The notes under the pieces: model-generated
Seen by the model: the letters and a program-made list of their open reading frames with translations, nothing else
What the model was told of the DNA's origin: nothing
The model's database searches: none
Shown: piece by piece, positions 37,316-41,567 of the stretch
Numbering within the stretch: the first letter of the stretch is position 1
How the letters are laid out: the number at the start of each line of letters is the position of its first letter
Program-made: the position numbers and the translations under genes
Source: Candidatus Eiseniibacteriota bacterium
Lineage (GTDB): Bacteria; Eisenbacteria; RBG-16-71-46; CAZEPH01
Direction: 5' to 3'
DNA length: 41,567 nt
NCBI GenBank assembly: GCA_044229145.1
Contig: JBGATO010000007.1
Location: 1 to 41,567 of the forward strand

Positions 37316-37651
37316 ATGGCGCTCAAGGAAAAGCAAGTCGGCGACACTTACATTCTCTACCCCAAGGACTATCTGATGGGCGGGGCCGAGACCGACGAAC
37401 TCGACATGAGGATCACCTACCTCGCGTCGCAGGGGAACTTGAAGCTGGTGATCAACCTGCAGGACACGCGTCACCTCAACTCGACGGCGATCGGTGTCCT
37501 GATCAAGGCGCACTCGAACTACAGCAAGCGTGGCGGTCACGTTCGCCTCTGTCGCGTCGACAAGAACATCAAGAACATCTTCGTCATTACCAAGCTCGCG
37601 ATGGTGTTCGAAGTGTTCGAGTCCGAGGACGAGGCAGTCAAGGCAAGCTAG
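37316..37651 (+). CDS. STAS-domain anti-sigma factor antagonist (RsbV/SpoIIAA-like)
   Basis: 111 aa; LVINL...HLNSTAIGVL (phospho-Ser site), GGHVRL, IFVITKL..VF. Confidence 0.92.
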   Translation: MALKEKQVGDTYILYPKDYLMGGAETDELDMRITYLASQGNLKLVINLQDTRHLNSTAIGVLIKAHSNYSKRGGHVRLCRVDKNIKNIFVITKLAMVFEVFESEDEAVKAS

Positions 37652-37897
37652 CGCCCGTGTCCGGCGGCTGCGCGCTGCGCGCAGCTGCCGCCCCAACGAG
37701 GCCCGCATGCGAAGGTTGCTCCTCCGTCCGTCCCCCTTCCCCCCACGACCTCCCCGTGCCGGCGTACCGCGTGAGCCGTCTCGCATCCCCCATCGTTGCG
37801 CGAGCGGTCGAACATTCGGCCCGTCGCCCATCACACCGGGTCTCCCGCTGCCGCGGGCGCGCCAGGTGCTCATCCCTCACTTGCAGGAGATCCTGAG

Positions 37898-38464
37898 ATG
37901 ACACGGAAGAAGCGGACCCCTCGTATCGGGCGTCTGCAGTCGGCGCTTGCTGCTGCGAGCGTGGCCGACCTACGCACCGCCCTTGCCCGCCGCGCGGCGG
38001 GAGCCCGGCGACAACTCGCGACGCTGGCCCGCTCGCGGGCTGCACTTGCCGCGAAGCTCGAAACGCTCGACGCGGAGATCGCCACGCTCGAAGGATTGGT
38101 CGCGGAGGTCGCGCCTGCCAAGCGTGGCCCGGGGAGGCCACGCGCCGCCCACGCTGCGCCGGCACGCCGCCGTGGCCGTCCGGCGAAGAAGGCAAAGTCG
38201 GCGAAGAAGGGTGCCGCGCGGCGCGGCGCGCCCGCCAAGAAGGCGCGCGGCGGAGGCCGCAAGCCCACGCACCTCGACCTCGCAGCCGAAGTGCTGCGCG
38301 ATGCCGGCAAGCCGATGCATCAGCGCGACATCGCGGCCAAGCTGGTGTCCGACAAGGGCGTGAAGAGCAAGAGCAAGGCGTTCGACCGCTCACTCGGTCT
38401 AGTGCTGTCGCAGGACACCAAGCGATTCAAGAAGGTGAAGCGCGCCGTGTACGCGCTCCGCTAG
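37898..38464 (+). CDS. Basic DNA-binding protein: coiled coil + AT-hook-like linker + winged helix (HARE-HTH-like)
   Basis: AGGAG RBS; heptad helix (LAAKLETLDAEIATL); KRGPGRPR and RRRGRPAKK; Lys/Ala-rich linker; T.LDLAAEVLRDAGKPMH..DI...F.KV.R.VYAL. Confidence 0.75.
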   Translation: MTRKKRTPRIGRLQSALAAASVADLRTALARRAAGARRQLATLARSRAALAAKLETLDAEIATLEGLVAEVAPAKRGPGRPRAAHAAPARRRGRPAKKAKSAKKGAARRGAPAKKARGGGRKPTHLDLAAEVLRDAGKPMHQRDIAAKLVSDKGVKSKSKAFDRSLGLVLSQDTKRFKKVKRAVYALR

Positions 38465-38483
38465 CCAGCCGCAGTCCGACACA

Positions 38484-38524
38484 CACGAAGGCCGGGGCAC
38501 CCGCGCGGGACCCCGGCCTTCGTG
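38484..38524. terminator. Hairpin between convergent genes
   Basis: CACGAAGGCCGGGG...CCCCGGCCTTCGTG, 14-bp perfect arms. Confidence 0.7.
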
Positions 38525-38537
38525 CCATCGGCCGACA

Positions 38538-40370
38538 CTACGGCGTGCGGCGCCTGGTGCGGCGCGGAGCTGGCGTCGCGCGGCCACTGCGTCGCGCCGG
38601 ACGTGTCGCGGGCGACGCCGGTGCTTCGCGATACCGATTGGTGATCGGCAGCCGCCGATCCTTTCCGAACGCGCGCGGAGAGATCTTGATGCCGGGCGGC
38701 CCCTGCCGCCGCTTGTACTCGCTGCGGTCCACCAAGCGCGCCACACGCTGCACCGTCCGCGCCTCGAATCCGTCGGCCACGATGTCGGCGATGCTGCGGT
38801 CTTCCTCGATGTACGCCTTGAGGATCGCGTCGAGGATGTCGTAGGGCGGCAGCGAATCCTGGTCGGTCTGCTCCGGCCGGAGTTCCGCGGTCGGCGGACG
38901 ATCGATCGTACTTTGCGGAATGCGCTCGCGGCCAGCGACGCGATTGACATGTCGCGCGAGATCGTAGACGAGCGTCTTCGGCACGTCCTTCAACACGGCG
39001 AAACCACCGGCCATGTCGCCGTACAGCGTGCAGTAGCCGACGCCGAGCTCGCTCTTGTTGCCGGTGGTGAGCACCAGCCACCCGAACTTGTTCGACAGCG
39101 CCATCAGCACGGTACCGCGCACGCGCGCCTGGATGTTTTCTTCCGTCTCGTCGCGCGTGCGCCCGCGGAAGGTCTGCGCCAGCGAGGTCTCGAACGCGGT
39201 CACCATCGGCTCGATCGCCACGGTGTCGAAGCGAATGCCCAGAGCGGACGCGAGCGCCGCCGCATCGTCCTGGCTGCGCGACTCGGTGAAACGCGACGGC
39301 ATGCTCACACCTGTGACCCGCGCAGCGCCGAGTGCGTCCGCCGCGATGGTGGCGGTGAGCGCCGAGTCGATGCCGCCGCTGAGACCCAGCACGACGCCGC
39401 GGAAACCATTCTTCTCGACGTAGTCGCGCGTGCCGAGCACCAAGGCAGCGTAGACTTCGGCCGCGGCGTCGACGTGCGGCTCGGCGACCGCCGGCGCGCT
39501 CGCGCGAAACGCCTTGGCGCGCGGCTTGATCTTGAGATCGTGCGTGATCTGCCGGCGTGCGTGTTCGCTGCCGAACGCGAGATCGACGCGCCGCCGCGGA
39601 TCGTGGAGGCGCTGCCGGAACACGTCGTCGGCATCGATCTCCGCAAACAGGAGCTGCTCGGCGAACAGCGGGGCACGCGCCACCAACTCCCCGGCTTGGT
39701 CGAACAGCAGGCTGCCACCGTCGAAGAGCAGTTCATCCTGCCCGCCGACCAGATTGCAGTACGCCACCGCCGCCACGGCATCCGCCGCGCGGGTCGCGAG
39801 CATGCGTTCGCGGGCGCGCGACTTGCCCTGTTGGTAGGGCGACGCGGAGATGTTGAGGACGACTTCGGCGCCGCCCTCGAGGACCGCTTCCTCGAGGGGG
39901 CCGCCGGGATACCAGATGTCCTCGCAGATGGTCACACCCAGACGGACACCGTTTACGCGCACCACCAACACACCAGCGCCGCGCTGGAAGTAGCGCGCCT
40001 CGTCGAACACGCCATAATTCGGGAGGTAGCGCTTGTGATAGCGAGCCGTCACTCCGCCCTCGGCGCAGACCGCGGCGGAGTTGTACACATCGCCGTCGGC
40101 ATACACCGTCCCCACCACCGCGACGATGTCGCGCGCCTCCTTGGCCACCGTCGCAAGCACCGCATCGGTGTCGCGCACGAACTGCGGCCTCATGAGGAGG
40201 TCTTCGGCGGGATACCCGCACAGCGTCAACTCGGGGAACGCCACGACGGTGGCGCCCGCCTCGCGCGCGCGGGCGATGGCCTCGCGCACCTTGTCAGCGT
40301 TGCCGGCGAGATCGCCGACCGTGGTGTTGATCTGCGCCAGACACAGGCGCAGCGGACGTGTGGTGGCCAT
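38538..40370 (-). CDS. nadE: Glutamine-dependent NAD+ synthetase
   Basis: CN-hydrolase domain (FPEL, K..LPNYGVFDE, ICEDIW) fused to a synthetase domain (GLSGGIDS, ENIQAR, TGNKSE, YGD, PTAEL, EYKRRQ). Confidence 0.96.
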   Translation of the reverse strand: MATTRPLRLCLAQINTTVGDLAGNADKVREAIARAREAGATVVAFPELTLCGYPAEDLLMRPQFVRDTDAVLATVAKEARDIVAVVGTVYADGDVYNSAAVCAEGGVTARYHKRYLPNYGVFDEARYFQRGAGVLVVRVNGVRLGVTICEDIWYPGGPLEEAVLEGGAEVVLNISASPYQQGKSRARERMLATRAADAVAAVAYCNLVGGQDELLFDGGSLLFDQAGELVARAPLFAEQLLFAEIDADDVFRQRLHDPRRRVDLAFGSEHARRQITHDLKIKPRAKAFRASAPAVAEPHVDAAAEVYAALVLGTRDYVEKNGFRGVVLGLSGGIDSALTATIAADALGAARVTGVSMPSRFTESRSQDDAAALASALGIRFDTVAIEPMVTAFETSLAQTFRGRTRDETEENIQARVRGTVLMALSNKFGWLVLTTGNKSELGVGYCTLYGDMAGGFAVLKDVPKTLVYDLARHVNRVAGRERIPQSTIDRPPTAELRPEQTDQDSLPPYDILDAILKAYIEEDRSIADIVADGFEARTVQRVARLVDRSEYKRRQGPPGIKISPRAFGKDRRLPITNRYREAPASPATRPARRSGRATPAPRRTRRRTP

Positions 40371-40448
40371 GCCGCGACAATACTCGACCGTGCACCTCGG
40401 CGCCAGGGCGCCGCGCCAGGCCACACGGCCCAGCGCGGCGCGGCGCAC

Positions 40449-41567
40449 CTAGTTCATGTGCACCAACTTGCGGGTCAGCGTGTGCTCGCCCGCGTCGAGG
40501 CGGTAGAAATACACGCCCGTCGGAACCGGACGCCCGCGATCGTCGCGGCCATCCCAGCGTACCGCCTGCGTCCCCGCCGGACGCTGCCCGTCGAGCACCG
40601 TGCGCACCAGCGCGCCGTTGCCGTCGAAGATCCGCAATTGCGCGCGCCCCGCCGCCGCCAGACTGAAGCGTAGCGTCGTGCTGGCCGCGAACGGATTCGG
40701 CCAATTCTGCTGGAGGCCGAACGCCGGCACGCCGTCGGCCACGTCGCCACCGGCGCCGCGGGCGGACGTGCTGTAGCGCACCGCGTAGGGCACCGCGACG
40801 GCCGGCCCCCAGTTCCCCACGGCGTCCTGCGCCCGGAGCCACGCCACGCAGGTCGAACACGTGTCCGAGGGCGCCACCGTGGCGTTCACGGTGAGTACGG
40901 TCGATGACCCAAAGCTGCCGCCGCTCGCCTGCGCGGGGACTCCGGCACCCGCACTGGCCGGTGAGGCGCCCAGCGAGTATTCCGCCGCGGCGATGGCGGA
41001 TCCGCCGGTCGTCGTGTCGGCGAACACCGCGCTCAAGGTCACCGCCTGCGTGACACGCACCGGGAACGGCGAGGCGACCGCGGTTCCCGCGATGGCCTGC
41101 GGTCCGAGGAAGTCGCCGCCGGCGTGCGACAGGGCGAAGTCCGTCGAGATTGCACTGCCGTGGAGCGCGGGCGAGCCCGCATCCGCCACGATGACCCGCA
41201 CCCGCGTGTGTGGAGAGTTGAGGACATGCGTGACATCCCAGCCGTACGGTGAACTCAGCGCGCCCGAGGCCACCGTCGTCCAGGTTTGGCCGAAGTCCTG
41301 GCTGTACTGCACCGTCGTCGACGCGATGGATGCCCCGCCGCCGCTCGCGTTCCAGGTGACGGTCACCAGATTGTCCAACTGCTGCACGCTGGTCAGCGAC
41401 ACCGTCGGGTGACGCCGGCCGACCAGCCACTGCAGCGTCTGGTCCATGATGTCGGGGCGGCGGTAATCATTGCTCGAGTCGGCGTTGACTTGCGTGAACT
41501 CGTAGAACATCGACACCTCGCGGGTCGGCGAGCCGGCCCACAGCGCGGTGCCCGGCGTCCCCAAGGA
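40449..41567 (-). CDS. C-terminal part of a large secreted protein with Ig-like domains and FlgD-Ig-like tail (5' end outside window)
   Basis: Frame open to the window edge; RAQDAVGNWG; tail LQQNWPNPF..T..F......L.IFD..G.LVR.......G...V.WDGRD..G.PV.TGVYFYRL. Confidence 0.85.
   Translation of the reverse strand, partial: SLGTPGTALWAGSPTREVSMFYEFTQVNADSSNDYRRPDIMDQTLQWLVGRRHPTVSLTSVQQLDNLVTVTWNASGGGASIASTTVQYSQDFGQTWTTVASGALSSPYGWDVTHVLNSPHTRVRVIVADAGSPALHGSAISTDFALSHAGGDFLGPQAIAGTAVASPFPVRVTQAVTLSAVFADTTTGGSAIAAAEYSLGASPASAGAGVPAQASGGSFGSSTVLTVNATVAPSDTCSTCVAWLRAQDAVGNWGPAVAVPYAVRYSTSARGAGGDVADGVPAFGLQQNWPNPFAASTTLRFSLAAAGRAQLRIFDGNGALVRTVLDGQRPAGTQAVRWDGRDDRGRPVPTGVYFYRLDAGEHTLTRKLVHMN

Noticed and set aside
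39640..40370. NadE nitrilase domain as the missing beta-ureidopropionase
   Set aside because: It is the standard glutaminase domain fused to NAD synthetase, outside the pyrimidine operon.

Overview
GC-rich bacterial chromosomal segment with about 33 protein-coding genes and 3 tRNA genes. I found no integrase, transposase or CRISPR array. Secreted proteins ending in FlgD-Ig-like tails or a C-terminal 'TWGxVKxLFR' motif, an outer-membrane barrel and a GWxTD protein suggest a diderm candidate-phylum bacterium, probably Eisenbacteria-like (inference). Contents in order: two large secreted proteins (NHL propeller + dockerin-like; LamG + FlgD-Ig); a zinc-ribbon membrane protein with a degenerate metalloprotease-like domain; a CysE-like acetyltransferase; tadA directly behind a tRNA-Ser(TGA)/Ser(GCT)/Arg(ACG) operon; a TWG-tail secreted protein; DyP peroxidase; mnmA; cyclophilin; a six-gene divergent glycosyl/acyl-transferase cluster; ccdA-tlpA-TPR; comM; a P-type ATPase; a divergent citrate synthase / HTH-citrate synthase pair; an SDR; a ChdC/HemQ-like protein; a preT-preA-[OM barrel]-hydA-[diheme cytochrome c] operon; a GWxTD protein; an RsbW-like/STAS pair with face-to-face promoters; an AT-hook/winged-helix basic protein; nadE; and a partial FlgD-tail protein. 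The best candidates for undescribed biology are (1) the putative acylated-glycolipid cluster, whose two acyltransferases have non-canonical motifs, (2) the pyrimidine-catabolism operon with an outer-membrane barrel and cytochrome c, (3) the C-terminal sorting-tail proteins, (4) the citrate-synthase-derived regulator and (5) the nucleoid-like protein. All calls come from reading motifs by eye; no database searches were run.
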